Assembly (NCBI RefSeq): GCF_041146345.1 | Contig: NW_027191404.1 | Span: forward strand, 62,001-126,000 | DNA from: Neodothiora populina | Taxonomy: Eukaryota | Length of the DNA: 64,000 nucleotides | Direction: 5' to 3' | In this document: positions 13,023 through 25,176 of the stretch, one piece after another | How the letters are laid out: each line of letters begins with the position of its first letter | Position numbering within the stretch: position 1 is the first letter of the stretch | Made by a program: the position numbers and the translations under genes | The notes under the pieces: model-generated | What the model was told of the DNA's origin: nothing | The model's database searches: none | The model's input: the letters and a program-made list of their open reading frames with translations, nothing else

Positions 13023-14586
13023 GCTTTACGAAAACATATCTTCAACAAATAATGGCACTCAAGTCCATGACTTGCACCCGCTGTTCCCCTCTCCGCCAGG
13101 TTATGATGCGACACTCGATGGGGTGCTCGCCATGTACTACCATTAGGAAAAGTCGCTTTACCTTTTTTTCTATTGCGATCCGGAGTACTCTTTGGGAACA
13201 ACCATAGCATGCTTTCTTTTCTGGCTACTGGAAAGGCCTGGCCGCGACACGCGAAGTACGGGGCTGCATAGGGTTTCGGTGGAGTGGGATCGGGTTCATA
13301 TACCCCGTGATTGGCGTTTTATTATCTCTCTTAAATTTTTCCACTTTTTTTTTCCTTGTCTCTTACAACTCAACCAGACCATCCGCACATTTCCCTAGTG
13401 ATGGTTTACATATCCTCTGTTTCGGATAGTCACTAGAATCAGAGCCACCAAAAGCTCATATCCTCCAGGCTTTATGATCTGAAATGATACGTTATGCATG
13501 CGTCTTCTAGTCGTGCCCCCATCACAGGGAGATCATCACCAAGGTACGTTTTATGTTTGCAAAATGCTTACATGTCTAAATTACGAGCTACGGTAAAGGT
13601 AGGTGAGTTGGTCATACGATGAAACACACATAACACACTGCTTTTGTGAAACGATCTGATGATCATACTGGATCTGTTGCTATGCGCCGATTCGCTCACC
13701 GTGCATGTACGACTCTTGCAGGAAGACTCCTTCTCCCTGCGACATGCAGAAACAGACGAGATGCGTGGGCAACGCAGCAGCAGCAATATTTCTTTATATA
13801 CAACACGATGCTATTCGCTTACCTTTCGGGTATTTTACTCGATGCCTGGCCTTACCACGGGCAGTCAGTCCTATTCTCAGATCAATGACAACATTGCTCA
13901 CTTCTGACGACATTCCATTTATAGTGGCTCATCTGGTATATTAGAAGGTCACGGACTGGCCACGTCAGAAGAGACCCTCCCATCTGCTGCTGATACCAAC
14001 CTGTCTCCACTCGACGTCGCTCGTCAGTATTATGCAATGCATGGAGACCCGACAACCTCATCAACATAAGATAAGACTTGGCACAACCCATTCATCTCGC
14101 AAAGCAGAGTCGCGGAATCGCGCAAACATGCATGCATGCAATAAGGGTCCCCCCTTCTTCTTGACACCCTCTTCGACCCGAGGCGTGTCTGATCATGTCG
14201 TGGCACCATTGCCATTGTTGCGAGATGCATACACGTTGACGGCGACGAAAATGTCAGACATGTGTAATTGGTCTGCTCTGGCTCCTCTATCTCGCCTTCT
14301 TCCTCGATTGGACACGGTAACGTACACGATGGGCTCAGACGGAGCGTCGATAGTATTATAATCATCATCGAACAATTCATAGCCTTAGAAACAAAAGACA
14401 ACACATCAGAAATCCAAGGTGGTCTATCTGCCTCCCCATCAGCTCGAAGACATTCTTCTCTTCTTTTCTTTCCTTCTATCTCCATTCTTCAATGATCGAA
14501 GCGCCTTCTTGATCGTGGTATACTTGCCCCCAATCAATCGTAGGACCCACTCAGCAGCATCTACAAATTGACATACAGATACAATC

Positions 14587-17500
14587 ATGCCCTACGACAG
14601 GTCACAAGTGCGGGTTGCGAATTGGACCCCGGTCTACAGTCAACGAGGTCGTCCAGGCGGCACCGCCACACATCCCTCGGGGCCATCACCATGGCCTGTG
14701 AGCAATCGTCCATACATGCCTGTGAAAAGGAGATGGTATGCAGTACCACCGAAAACAGACTCGTCTGATGAGGCTGCCGACGGCGAGGAGAGTGATAGCG
14801 ACGTGCACGTAGAGGTAGGATGCCCCTACTGTTTGGCGGACGACAAGCCAAAATCGACGTGCTGTTCTCATTCGAGCTCGCAGGTAGCATTAGGGAACGA
14901 GGAAGACAATAAAGCAAGTGGTAGCGGTGATGATGTTATAGCGGTGGCTGGGGCAGAGGGCGGTGAGGCCGTCTCCGCCACAGATGTGCTGGACGACACG
15001 TCAAAAAGCGGTGGCGCTACAGATCGCGGTGCTGATGATATACCGCCAGCACCGACGCCAACGCGAGATCCACCAGCACATCCGGATGACCCACCCGGTA
15101 CTAGATCTACCTCTGAAACTGCCACTACGGCGATTACTGATGCTTCACTTTTCACAGAAACAGCCCAAGAAGAACGCCCCGCGGCGAAGGAAGGTTCCGT
15201 CAAGGACGATGTCGACACACCTGTAGCTGTCACCGAGGGTGCCGAGGAAACGACGACGACCGAAGACTCAGCGCCTACGGAAACTGCAGAAGACAACAAA
15301 GATACATCATCTGATGCTGTGCTGGACAAAGCTGAAGCCGGCGAAGATCTCCATCCAGACTCTGGCAACATTGAGCTCGGGCACGTTACCGCGGCTACAG
15401 TCGACGATGACGACCCAATAGTCGAGATCATAGATGAAGGAGAAGTACCACCTGCAGCACCCGACCCGCCACATATAATCATCGACGCAACAGCAACACC
15501 AACAACAGCTCTCGCCGCCGAAGAGTGGTCTGACGCAACCACTAACAAGAAGGTCAAGAAACTTCGCAAAAAGTCCAAGACTTGGAGTGGCAAATATCTT
15601 TATAGAGCCCCTGTGAGCATACCAGCTGTTGAGCCTACGCCCATCATGGGAAAGAAAAACAAGAAGAAGGGCAAGGAGAAGCTCGGTCCTGTCAAGACTG
15701 AGCCCGCCGTCGAGGAGCCTGAAGAAGCTCCTCCTGGTGCAGACGAGGGCGCCGAGGTCGCAGATGCACCTCCTGCACCCCCTGAAACTCCCGCAGAGCC
15801 CAATGCGGGAGGTGATGCCAAGGGAGAGCCAGAGATTACAGCAGAGGCCCCTCCTGAAGGAACCGAGCAACCCTCAAGCGGCACCGGCAAGGAAGAAACC
15901 GCTGATGCATCTGCAACCAACGAAGAGGCTCCTCCAGATGAAGTTAAACACGACCCTCCTAGCGCTGGTGCAGATGGCGAGACTTCCGCAGGGAAGACTG
16001 ACTGGACGGCTGGTGCGACCGCCGAAGACGAAACCAAGTCGGGTGAAGCCGCGGAGAGCGAAGCGCCCTCCCCATCTACAGACGAACCTCCCAAAGACCA
16101 GGGATCCACCGATGATCCCTCCGCGGATTCTCCCCTCGAGCCAGCAGCTCCTGCGCCAGAAGCCGATGAACCCAAAGACACTGCTGCTGATACACCTGGT
16201 GAACCGCCTGTCGAAGCAGTAACAGACTCCGAGGCACCCAAGGAAGCAGAGGAACCAGAAAAGGCAGAAGCCGGCAAGTCCGATGCCGCACCACCTGCTC
16301 CAGAGTCGACAGATGAGGGCCCTCCAGACAACAAGGCCGGAGAGGACGGCGATGCAACTGTAGCAGAATCGACTGTTGGCGATACAGTACCTTACGAAGA
16401 CAAGGTAGTCGAAGGGGACGGAGCCTCAGAGGATAAGCCTGAGGAAGAGCCCTCATCAGAAGGCACTCCAGCCGATGATAAGAAGACCGAAGGTGAGCTA
16501 CCAACGGAAGAAGAGTCAACAAACGAGACCATCCCCGCAGAGGAGGGTGACTCGAAGCCAGAGTCCGAAGCGGCATCAGAACCCGCAAAGCCAGAGACCG
16601 AGGGCGGGGACGACTCCAAGGACGGGGACGACTCGAAGGCCGAGGACAAAGGTAGTGAAGGCGATACAGCTGCAAAAGACGAGGCTCCAGCACCCGCCGA
16701 CAGTGCTGAAGCAGCAAAGGCCAACGCCGCCGAGCCCGTAAAGGACGAGGAAACAGCTCCAGACGCACCCGCCGAGGATAAGAAAGAAGAAGAGGCCGAC
16801 GCTGACAAGAATGATACTCCGAAAGCAGACGACAAAACCGATACGACCGAGACCGTTCAAGCAGAAGCTACCCCTGCCGAAGACAAGAAAGATGACGCTG
16901 AAGCTACTTCTGGAGATACCGACGACAAGGCAGAGGATAAACCCGAGGCCAGCGACACTCCAGCCGAAGAGTCGACAGAAACAAAAGATGCATCGACAGT
17001 AAGTGCCTCCGCATCCGACGAAGCATCCTCATCTGCCGGTGTCAAAGACTCGACTCCAGACACTACACCAACAGAGTCATCGACGACTGCGGACACTGCA
17101 GCAACAACTAAAGAAGAAGATGCTGGAGATGCCTTAGCCGAGCCAGAGAACGAGGAATCTACTGAGCCCACAGCTGAGAGCGACACGAAGAAAGACGAGG
17201 GTGGCGGTAGTGATGACTCGAAAGCTGATTCTGAGGCACAGGAGCCAAGTGGCGAAGCGGATGCAGAGACAAATGTAGCAGAAGGAGGTGATGATGCAGC
17301 AGGTGACGACGACAAAGGCCAGGCTGATAGCGATGCTGCTAAAGAAGAAGAACAACCGAAAGCAGAAGATGTGAAAGACGAAGACGCCACGAAAGAAGGC
17401 GACGAAGCCGAAAAAGCAGAAGACAAACCTGCCGAGCCCGCAGAGGAACCAGCATCAGAACCAGCTACAGAAGACAAGGCTGGGGACGATCAACCTGCCG

Positions 17501-19488
17501 AAGAGGCTAATACCTCCGCCGAACCAGCTGTTACTGAAGATACTCCCGCCGTAGAGCCAGAGGGAGATCCTGCGGCCGATAAACAGTCCGAAGGCGAAAA
17601 GGACGAGCCAGCAGCAGCAGCGGCTGACGAAACCAAAGCAGAAGAAGAGAAGCCTGACAGCACGCCAGCAGATGGAGAAGCGGACGTCGCACCATCTGCC
17701 GAACCTGGCGAAGCGGTCGCTGCTCCAGAGGAACCTGCTGCTGCTGACGCTCCTGCTGAAGAGGAGAAGACTGAAGAGGCGCCAGCTGCTGATGCTCCAG
17801 CAGAAGAGGAAGTTAAAGAAGAGGCTTCTGCTGAGAATGCGAAGCCTGAAGAGACGCCTGCCGAGGAACCAAAGGCCGAAGATCTCCCTGCTGAAGAACC
17901 AGAAGCTGAGGAGCCCCCTGCTGAAGGACCGGAAGCCGAGGATCCTCCTGTAGAAGAACCTAAGGTGGAAGAACCTACTGCCGAAGAGCCTAAGACCGAG
18001 GAGCCTAAGACCGAGGAGCCTGCTGCTGAGGAACCAAGACCAGAAGAGCTCGGCGCCGGAGAAACAAAGGCTGATGATGCTCTTGTCGAAAAACCTAAAG
18101 CTGAAGAACCTCCTGCCGACGGACCCAAGGCTGAGGAACCTGCTGCTGAAGAGCCTGCTGCCGCTGAGCCCGCGCCGGAGCCCGAGGAAGCAAAGGTAGA
18201 AGAACCAGCTCCAGCAGCAGAGCCTGAGCCTGAGCCCGCAGCAGCAGAAGCCAACCCTGAGCCTGAGTCTGCGGCCGCAGAACCAGAACCCTTACCTGCG
18301 GCAGAGCCAGAGCCAGAGCCAGCCCCAGAAGCGGCAGCGGCAGCACCTGAACCAGCGGCAGAAGCACCAGTCGAGGAAGCACCCGGTCCAGACGCAGACG
18401 AAGACGTGGACTCGGACGTCTCTCCTCTGACCAAAGCTTCCACAAAAGAAAAGGAACGAAAACGCCACACCCACTCCACACGTAATGCCAAAGAGTCCAG
18501 TAGCAAATCCAGCCCCTTTGGTCCTGCAGGCTGGTTCCGTCCAAAAGAACACAAAGACTCTTCCTCTAAGCATCGCACAAGCGAAACGCCTTCCAGCTCA
18601 AGCTCTAGACACCATCGGCCTTCTTCCTCACGCCACCACTCAGTACGCTCAACAGAAGAAGTGGAAGCAGACCTTAAACGCAAAGAAGCAGAACTAGCGG
18701 CCAAAGCGCGCGAACTGCACAAACAAGAAAAAGAGCTCCTGAAGCGAGAACGAGAAGACGAAGAGCGACGAAAACGCCATCAAGAGAAGAAACGGCTCTC
18801 GCGCCTCGAAGAAGAAAGACTGCAGCGAGAGCGCGAAGAAGAAAAAGAGCGAGAAGAAATCCGACGACGACGAAAGGAACGACAGAGCGCCGAGCGGGCA
18901 AAGGAAGAAGAAGATGAGCGCAGACGACGACACCAGCGCCGCAAGGAGAAGGAAAGAGAGCAAGAACGAGAACGCGAGCGACGCGCTACAGAAGAAGAAG
19001 AAGCGCTCGAGAGGGAAAGACTGCTCAAGGAAGAAGAAGACAGAAGACGACGCCGCCGCCGCCACGAAGAGCGCAAGAGACGCGAAGCAGAAGAAGCAGC
19101 CGCTGCATCTCCATCAAGCTATCCACCTGACTTGGACGCACCCAACGACGGTCCCTCCGACAGGCCTAAACCCAGACGTCACAGAACCTCGACAACCCAC
19201 GACGAAGCAGCCGCAGCAGGATCCTCCTCATCATCAGGTCGCCGCAACGACGACGACGAAGACAGAAGACGTCATCGCCGAGAACACAGAGAACACAAAG
19301 ACCACAAGGACATAGACAGAGACAGAGACAGAGAAAGAGAGCGGCCTCATCGCCGAGACTCGCATCGTGACGTCCCTGCTGCCGCTAACGGGGCGTCGTT
19401 TTCGTCCGCGAGCAGTGGTGGGAGGGGTCATGGATCGTCAGGGTTTTTGGGAGGGCTGAAGAAGGCTTTTGGGGGTTTGAGCTCTTGA
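14587..19488 (+). CDS. Large Glu/Ala/Asp/Pro-rich low-complexity protein with EEP-type repeats and a C-terminal E/R/K helical region; function unknown
   Basis: Uninterrupted 4.9-kb ORF with biased composition. Degenerate 15-nt repeats (EEPKT/EEPAA) at ~17850-18370. Start codon uncertain; alternative ATG at 15646. Confidence 0.8.
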   Translation: MPYDRSQVRVANWTPVYSQRGRPGGTATHPSGPSPWPVSNRPYMPVKRRWYAVPPKTDSSDEAADGEESDSDVHVEVGCPYCLADDKPKSTCCSHSSSQVALGNEEDNKASGSGDDVIAVAGAEGGEAVSATDVLDDTSKSGGATDRGADDIPPAPTPTRDPPAHPDDPPGTRSTSETATTAITDASLFTETAQEERPAAKEGSVKDDVDTPVAVTEGAEETTTTEDSAPTETAEDNKDTSSDAVLDKAEAGEDLHPDSGNIELGHVTAATVDDDDPIVEIIDEGEVPPAAPDPPHIIIDATATPTTALAAEEWSDATTNKKVKKLRKKSKTWSGKYLYRAPVSIPAVEPTPIMGKKNKKKGKEKLGPVKTEPAVEEPEEAPPGADEGAEVADAPPAPPETPAEPNAGGDAKGEPEITAEAPPEGTEQPSSGTGKEETADASATNEEAPPDEVKHDPPSAGADGETSAGKTDWTAGATAEDETKSGEAAESEAPSPSTDEPPKDQGSTDDPSADSPLEPAAPAPEADEPKDTAADTPGEPPVEAVTDSEAPKEAEEPEKAEAGKSDAAPPAPESTDEGPPDNKAGEDGDATVAESTVGDTVPYEDKVVEGDGASEDKPEEEPSSEGTPADDKKTEGELPTEEESTNETIPAEEGDSKPESEAASEPAKPETEGGDDSKDGDDSKAEDKGSEGDTAAKDEAPAPADSAEAAKANAAEPVKDEETAPDAPAEDKKEEEADADKNDTPKADDKTDTTETVQAEATPAEDKKDDAEATSGDTDDKAEDKPEASDTPAEESTETKDASTVSASASDEASSSAGVKDSTPDTTPTESSTTADTAATTKEEDAGDALAEPENEESTEPTAESDTKKDEGGGSDDSKADSEAQEPSGEADAETNVAEGGDDAAGDDDKGQADSDAAKEEEQPKAEDVKDEDATKEGDEAEKAEDKPAEPAEEPASEPATEDKAGDDQPAEEANTSAEPAVTEDTPAVEPEGDPAADKQSEGEKDEPAAAAADETKAEEEKPDSTPADGEADVAPSAEPGEAVAAPEEPAAADAPAEEEKTEEAPAADAPAEEEVKEEASAENAKPEETPAEEPKAEDLPAEEPEAEEPPAEGPEAEDPPVEEPKVEEPTAEEPKTEEPKTEEPAAEEPRPEELGAGETKADDALVEKPKAEEPPADGPKAEEPAAEEPAAAEPAPEPEEAKVEEPAPAAEPEPEPAAAEANPEPESAAAEPEPLPAAEPEPEPAPEAAAAAPEPAAEAPVEEAPGPDADEDVDSDVSPLTKASTKEKERKRHTHSTRNAKESSSKSSPFGPAGWFRPKEHKDSSSKHRTSETPSSSSSRHHRPSSSRHHSVRSTEEVEADLKRKEAELAAKARELHKQEKELLKREREDEERRKRHQEKKRLSRLEEERLQREREEEKEREEIRRRRKERQSAERAKEEEDERRRRHQRRKEKEREQERERERRATEEEEALERERLLKEEEDRRRRRRRHEERKRREAEEAAAASPSSYPPDLDAPNDGPSDRPKPRRHRTSTTHDEAAAAGSSSSSGRRNDDDEDRRRHRREHREHKDHKDIDRDRDRERERPHRRDSHRDVPAAANGASFSSASSGGRGHGSSGFLGGLKKAFGGLSS

Positions 19489-20159
19489 GGACTGGCCTTT
19501 TTTCTTCATTCTTTTCTGATGTGATGTGATCATGGGTCTATGTTTGACACTTTTAGCTGCTTCTTTCTGGTTTTCGTCTTCACCGGTTTATGCTGTTGGT
19601 GATTATGCTTCTTGCCATCAGCTTATGATAGTAATGGTGAGTCTTTTTCTTGTTCCTGTCTCGATCTTGCTATGACGATGAGTATTGATACTATTCTTAT
19701 CTCGAACCAGCTTTTGCGTTTCACTTCTTGGTACGAATAGCCACCCTTGTCTCTGGCACTTCCTTCGAGCCTTGGTCGAAGCTTCGTCTGATTATGTTGA
19801 TTGCTACTATTCTGATTATTCACGTCTTTATCTAATGTATTTGACATGGATACCTGCAGCAAATATACAAAGATGACATAATGAAACCAATACCGGTGAA
19901 ATACTATAACCTCACTATATACCAAGTCTCACCTCGTACTTTTCCACCAGTCCTTTCTTATTGATCGAATTACACCTTTTTGGTTCTTCTCCCTCTTCTG
20001 CGAAAGTATAACACACGCTTTTGACTGTGCTCTCGTGGATACAGAAGGACTTATGTAAGTCTAGTACTTGGAGTGGATTTCTGGACGGTGACACTTATCT
20101 CTCTCCCACTTTTGCGGAGAAAGAATACAGGCATGATAGTGCTAGATTACTCTATCTTC

Positions 20160-20185
20160 CTGCTGCTGCTGCTGCTGCTGCTGCT
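20160..20185. repeat. (GCT)n microsatellite
   Basis: ctgctgctgctgctgctgctgctgct, downstream of the siderophore transporter. Confidence 0.8.
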
Positions 20186-20434
20186 TTTCAACAAGCCATG
20201 AATACCTTGATTTATAACTTTTGTTCTTCTTTCTTTACAAGACTACAACAAGCCGTTTCGACGATATCTGACGACACTCGTCAATCCAGAGCACTTCCGC
20301 AAGTGACCTCGAGTGAATGCCTGGACTAAGACTTCCATCTTCACACAATGCGTGTCCAACCAATCCAAGCTACATATTCTCCCCAGAACTCCTTTCAGCA
20401 CACTCGTAGACCCCACTTTAGCGGACTTACGCCA

Positions 20435-22428
20435 CTACTTGAACATCTTACGAGCAAACCCCATAGCCCCACCACTCCCACGAGGTGCCTTCTCAATACT
20501 ACCGCCCGCCGCCGACTCACCTGACCTGATACTGTCCCCCTCCTCAGCCTCAGGACGACTCTGTTCCTTGCCAAGACGCGGGTTTCGCAGCGCCAGCGCA
20601 AAGAAAACGATCGGCACGCACAGACACAGACCGGTGATGCACATGAGGCGCTGGACCTCTCTGTAGGCCTCTATGACGGCGGTGCGCTCGACGCTGCCGA
20701 CGGGGTATGCGGTCGCGAATGTGGCTGGGTCGGCGTACGCGGCTGCTGCTACTGCTGTGGCGTTGGTGGACACGAGGGAGAGCTGGGTGGAGAGTTTGCC
20801 CGGCATCAATTGGGTCCAGATCGCGCCGGACACGCTGGTGCCGAAGGCGCTGCCGATGCTGTAGAGCGCAAGGTAGAGGCCTGTGACGAGGGCTAGGTGC
20901 TCATGCTTGGTGGCTGCTTGGAGGGAGACTTGGGTCGGGTAGGAGAATAGACCGCCGGCGAAGCCTAGCAGGCATTGCCCTCCGATGAGACCGGAGACGT
21001 TGCTTCCTCCTGTGTCGCCTCGGAAGGCGATCAGGATGCCGAACGAGATCATGTACAGTACTGTGCCTAGGAGAATAAATGGCTTGAGGTATGGGACGCC
21101 GAATCTGACGACAAGAGAGAGTCCGCATCCTGTCAGGACGGAAACAAAACTGTAAAGCGAGAGGATGCGGGTGGCGGACTTGATGCTCTGGTTGAAACCC
21201 ACGATCAAGACGTTGTACAGGTAGTCGGCTTGCATGTACCATGCAAAGTTCAGCATGCAGCCGATACCGAGCGCGGCCCAGACACCGCGGTCCTTGAGCA
21301 GACGGAACGGAACAAGTGGGTGCAGCGCCCTTCGCTCCCACAAGACGAAAAAGGGAATCAGGCAGATGCCGATGACGAGAGGCGCGATGATGTGAGCTCG
21401 ACCCCAGGTCGAAGATGCTCCTCCGGCCAACGTGAATGGCACGAGAATGAGTGCAAAGGTTGCGATCATGAGAATGATGCCGATGACGTCCAATTGCCAG
21501 AACAGACCTACAACCACTTTCTTCAAGCCGTACTGTTGATAGGGAGTCTTGTAGTTGGCAAGATCTCCGCTCTTCTTCGCTCGTTGCGAAGCAAAGAGTA
21601 AAGACAAGACAAGAGGAAGTGCCATGAAAGGATAGATGATGGCCCACATGCCTACACCCCACTTCCACGAAGTAACGCTCAGAACAGACGACGTCACATC
21701 GCCAGACACCCAGGTGTTGATAATGAACGGGGTCGCTGAGATGTATGACCAAGCCAAACGCGAGCGAAGCGAAGTAACATCGGCAACGATGACCTCGACC
21801 AAAAGGGTCACAATAGTGTAACCAATCTAGAGAACAGGTAAGTAAAGGGAACACAGCATTCAAGCAAACAGTACACACACCTGGTAAAGGACTGCACCAG
21901 CAGCGAAGCCGCTGACATTTGTCGACGCTGCCTCGATAACAGTGCCGAGAACGTAGAAAAAGATCGAGACGTAAAGGAGCTCGACGCGACCGAATACATC
22001 AGCAATCTTGGCAGCTGTAGGCTGTGCTGCAGCGCCAATGACAGTGCGCACGACAGTGATGGTAGAGATGAGGGCGTTCTGTCCAAAGGTACCCAACGCG
22101 ATAGGCTAACAAATGTTAGACTCGACCATGACGACACAATTGTGTTCTAGCGTCATCTGATTACCTGATATGTGTATCGAATAGTACCATCCAAGCCGTA
22201 TGCATATGCAATCAAAAAGACACTGATGAACAACGCAACGCGATTGTACAAGGTCATATGCTTGCTGATAGCTTCAATACGTGCAACACCAGGGCTTTTC
22301 TCTCCCATGAGAATTGTCTGACCATTGTCGTGAGCAAGGTCTGAAGGAAGATCGTCAACACCAGGCTGGGCTGTGCCAGTGGCACGCCCCCCGATCTCTG
22401 GCTCTTTGTAGTCGGAGGACCTCGACAT
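20435..22428 (-). CDS. Siderophore-iron MFS transporter (ARN/SIT family); exons 22428..22165, 22105..21881, 21826..20435
   Basis: Motifs [69 protein letters not shown], many TM segments. Two GT-AG introns restore a single frame. Confidence 0.92.
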
Positions 22429-23622
22429 GATGGTATCTGTGATGGAGAACGGAAAGAAATGAAGAGAAGAAAAGAAGAGGAGAGGACGAATATTTCAAGT
22501 CACTGGAAACAACGTTTGCAACGAAAAGGCAAATACAGCGGTACACCTACTTAGATTTTCTGATTGATTAGACACGGCCATCACTTGGCTGTCCCAAGAA
22601 CATCTACCGCGGCGCAACGTTAGTAGAATGGGAAGACTACTCGGCGCAGGTGTGGTAACTCCTTCCCCAAACCTTGTAATTGCTTGGTCGGTCGTCACAA
22701 AGTTACTGCTACCCTTCTTTAGCTCTGAAAGATACCTTGCATTGAGCAAGTATCCGCACCCTGTTCTCAAAGATGGGAATGTCGTTTCCATATCCTATCG
22801 AGTCAAGCCTACCTTACCTTGCACGCTGAAACATGTTTGACATGGTAGTGTGGCATCCCACTATTAACGGCATGGCAGATGAGGAAGTAAGTAGGCACAG
22901 TACTCAGTACTGTAGGTCGTACCATTGTTGTCGGCGATCTTACCTAAGGGAGAAGGTTTCGCCATCATAGCTACCAGGGTCGTCAGGAAGCTTTATGAGA
23001 TTCCAAGCCGCCAAGGTCTCTCGTCTTTGTCAAGGCAAGGGAAATTGTGGTGGCACTACCAGCAAACGACACGCCAAGATTGAAATGTCAAGACAATTTC
23101 TGGGGTTTTTGTGGTAGTAATCTTCTTCGTTCTCGGCGGTGCCCGAAGCTATGTATTTGTGCGTACTGAGATCAGTATCCACACGTGCACATGGCAAGAA
23201 TGATTACCTAGCTTCGACGGAGCACGATGAAGTATCGATGTCTGAATAAACGAGTCATAAAAAGCTGTAGGAGCACTGAAAGAGCAATTTTATGACTCAT
23301 GGGATTCCACAGTGAAGAGTGGCGGAGCTGGTCTAGCGGCTGACTTGTACCTCAGCTAACACCATGCCCCTCACGCCTATCTACTTCACCGATTCGGAAA
23401 CGCTGTCTACAATGACAACTAAAGCTTTGCTGATGTAGGGCTAGCTATCCGCTATTGCGCTACGCACAAGCGGCTTCTCCTGCAAGACCTCGTTCAACAA
23501 ATGCAATCGGCTAGAGAATCTCTCGAGGAAGCAAGTAACATTGTGAAGAACGTTAAAAGTCATATCATTTCTATATGTGGGTCCGTGAGATCTATGTCTG
23601 TCTAAATTCCAATTCAACAACT

Positions 23623-25176
23623 CTATGCTTTCTCTTCGATGTATATTTCATCGGTCTTGCTTGCTGGCAATGGCACATCCTCGGCCGTAAGCTGAGGCTT
23701 CTTCTTCGAATAGCTGACAGCACTGAAGATGTTCGGGGTGTCTCTGAAGATGATGTCAATCTCCTCGAGCGAGCGACCCATGGTCTCTGGGTAGAAAAAG
23801 TACACAGAGATGGGAATACATATTCCGATCGACGCGTATACAATGTAGTACTGGTAGGCGATGGTGTCAATGGCGACTGGGGTGATCATAGCCACGACAA
23901 AGTTCCAAAGCCAGTGGTTGGCAGTCGAAATAGATGCCATAGCGACACGAAGACGGATAGGCGCAATCTCGGCGCAGTACAGGAAGTTGGCACCCAAGAA
24001 ACCAATCGGGACGAAGAAGCAGAAGAGGTATACGAAGAATGCTGCTGCGATGGATGCACTCTCGCTGTGTGTGAAGGATGTGGAAACGCAGAGAGCGACC
24101 ATGCACAAAGCCATACCCGCTCCGCTGACCATGAAGCACATGCGACGTCCTAGCCTGTCGATGGTGAAAAAGGCGACGAAACAACTCAGGAACTTGAAGG
24201 TAAGCATGCCACCCGAGAGGATGCGAGAAGTCTCGCCATCCAGGCCGAGACCTTGTTGAAAGATGGTCGTCGAGTACACAGAGACAACATTGGAACCCGA
24301 CATTTGCTGATACATTTGCAACAGCAAACACAAGAAGAATCTTGTCCTGAGTTTCTCTGGTCCGTTCTTGAGGAGGTCCTTGAGAGAAGCTCCATTCGCT
24401 GAGGTGTCCTCGAGAGAAAGCTCTACGCCCACAATCTCAGCCTCGATTTCTGGAGAATCCGATGGCTGGTCTTTCAAAGCGCAGAGAGCAAAGCGAGCTT
24501 CATCAACACGGCCCTTGCGGATCAACCAACGAGGAGACTCTGGCAGGAAGAAGACGGTGACCATGGTCATGATGGAGAAGAAGCACGCAATGGCAATTGG
24601 TGGTCTCCAAGTTACGGGACCCGTCTTGAATTCGTAGAAGCCGAGGTCGATCCATGATTCGAGAGTATAGCCCAAAGAGATAAAGGCTCCGTCTAAGACA
24701 ACGTGCTTTCCGCGGTTCTTCGAGCTTGAACATTCACTCTGCCAGACCGGGACGGTAGCACTGAGCTGGCCCACGCCAAGACCGAGGACGATACGACCAA
24801 CGATGAATTGTGCCAGGCTGAAAGAGGAACATTCAAGGATCTCACCAATAAGTGTGCAAAGGGCTCCAATGAAGATAACCCATCGTCTTCCGAGTTTGTC
24901 ACCGCTGTAACTGCAAGTCAAAGCACCTATAAGAGCACCGAGAGTGAAGGTTGCGACAGTGAGGCCCTGAATTGTGGAGTTGTGGCTTTTCTGGGCGCCT
25001 TTTGTGTTGACAGTGTCGGTTTCGGGAAATGTCTTCACCCAGTCTTCTTCAGTGAGGAGGCCACCGAGACCTGATTGGTTGTATCCGAAGAGAATGAACG
25101 CAGGTGCGACGACTGTGAGGATTTGGGCCAGGGAGAGAGCACTGCCCCTCAGGCCAAGGAATGAGTTTCTGCCCAT
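23623..25176 (-). CDS. MFS sugar porter (STL1-like hexose/polyol transporter)
   Basis: Intronless 517 aa with FGYNQ, DKLGRR, PVWQSE, PESPRWL, QQMSGSN, DRLGRR, PETMGRSLEEI. Confidence 0.93.
   Translation of the reverse strand: MGRNSFLGLRGSALSLAQILTVVAPAFILFGYNQSGLGGLLTEEDWVKTFPETDTVNTKGAQKSHNSTIQGLTVATFTLGALIGALTCSYSGDKLGRRWVIFIGALCTLIGEILECSSFSLAQFIVGRIVLGLGVGQLSATVPVWQSECSSSKNRGKHVVLDGAFISLGYTLESWIDLGFYEFKTGPVTWRPPIAIACFFSIMTMVTVFFLPESPRWLIRKGRVDEARFALCALKDQPSDSPEIEAEIVGVELSLEDTSANGASLKDLLKNGPEKLRTRFFLCLLLQMYQQMSGSNVVSVYSTTIFQQGLGLDGETSRILSGGMLTFKFLSCFVAFFTIDRLGRRMCFMVSGAGMALCMVALCVSTSFTHSESASIAAAFFVYLFCFFVPIGFLGANFLYCAEIAPIRLRVAMASISTANHWLWNFVVAMITPVAIDTIAYQYYIVYASIGICIPISVYFFYPETMGRSLEEIDIIFRDTPNIFSAVSYSKKKPQLTAEDVPLPASKTDEIYIEEKA

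Noticed and set aside
14821..14832. CPYC glutaredoxin-like motif in the large orphan
   Set aside because: Sits in acidic disordered context with no thioredoxin-fold features
14868..18722. Long Ser/Ala/Gly-rich minus-strand ORFs (up to 410 aa)
   Set aside because: Antisense shadows of the low-complexity + strand gene
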